Shown here: one piece after another, positions 63,723 to 64,000 of the stretch | How the letters are laid out: each line of letters starts with the position of its first letter | How positions within the stretch are numbered: the stretch's first letter is position 1 | From: a virus | Virus record (IMG/VR): IMGVR_UViG_3300028840_000888 | Coordinates: 1-64,000 of that record | Length of the DNA: 64,000 nt | Direction: 5' to 3' (one strand) | Program-made: the position numbers and the translations under genes | The notes under the pieces: generated by a model | Told to the model about the DNA's origin: nothing | The model's database searches: none | Seen by the model: only the letters and a program-made list of their open reading frames with translations

Positions 63723-64000
63723 TATCTTTGGAATGGGCGCCGGTCCGTACCAGAAGCAGACCGGCGCGAGTGAGAAATGGCAAGCCGTCGAGCATACCCT
63801 TATTGCCATTTGTATTGAGGGGGCCATGATCATCGTGATACTGGCATGGGCCTTACTCATAGGGCGCGCCGTTGGGACGATGATTCTGGTGGCGTGCGTG
63901 GCATTGGCGCGGTTCGGCCCGCGCAGCAATGAGTGGCTTTTCATCACCGCCGTATTCACATTGACCGGCGCGCTATTCAGTTATGAAGCCGTGTTCGGCG
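63715..64000 (+). CDS. Membrane protein (3'-truncated by window edge)
   Basis: GAGGAGG RBS, open hydrophobic frame running to the end of the window. Confidence 0.55.
   Translation, partial: MNNIFGMGAGPYQKQTGASEKWQAVEHTLIAICIEGAMIIVILAWALLIGRAVGTMILVACVALARFGPRSNEWLFITAVFTLTGALFSYEAVFG

Larger units (their letters stand above)
1..64000. mobile_element. Tailed dsDNA bacteriophage (siphovirus-like), partial genome
   Basis: Terminase, portal, HK97 protease and capsid, tail tube, chaperone frameshift, tape measure, endolysin, DnaB and many small phage-type ORFs; no host housekeeping context. Confidence 0.97.

Noticed and set aside
1-64000. Stop-codon reassignment
   Set aside because: Recognisable genes are full length in the standard code and end in TAA, TAG and TGA with normal coupling

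Overview
The whole window is a large part of a tailed dsDNA phage genome (siphovirus-like, HK97-fold capsid, non-contractile tail). No host chromosomal genes, integrase, rRNA or CRISPR array are visible. It has two arms that diverge at ~59340-59470 and converge at ~14815-14872. The + arm (59470-64000 and 1-14815) carries early and replication-associated genes: an FtsK-like ATPase, ASCH protein, DnaB, an AAA/DUF1257/DUF2997 module and a PAPS-reductase-like gene. Its 3-12 kb part is punctuated by four copies of a ~90-100 bp promoter cassette. The - arm (59338 to 14872) carries a RHH repressor and replication initiator, three DNA methyltransferases, tRNA-Met, lysis genes, ThyX, terminases, a portal-MuF fusion, tail and head genes in an unusual order, and tail-tip genes. 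Most notable observations: (1) a five-gene glycosyltransferase/methyltransferase/sulfotransferase cassette behind the capsid genes, with both capsid and tail-tube proteins ending in Ser, suggesting a methylated and sulfated virion glycan coat; (2) plasmid-like replication control (RHH repressor, antisense RNA over the rep RBS, iterons), with the antisense unit design recurring elsewhere; (3) an FtsK/TraB-like plus membrane-protein plus repeat module; (4) QxxLF-type beta-clamp-like C-termini on all four DNA methyltransferase-like proteins; (5) a non-canonical tRNA-like RNA. All family calls come from motif recognition by eye; no database search was run.
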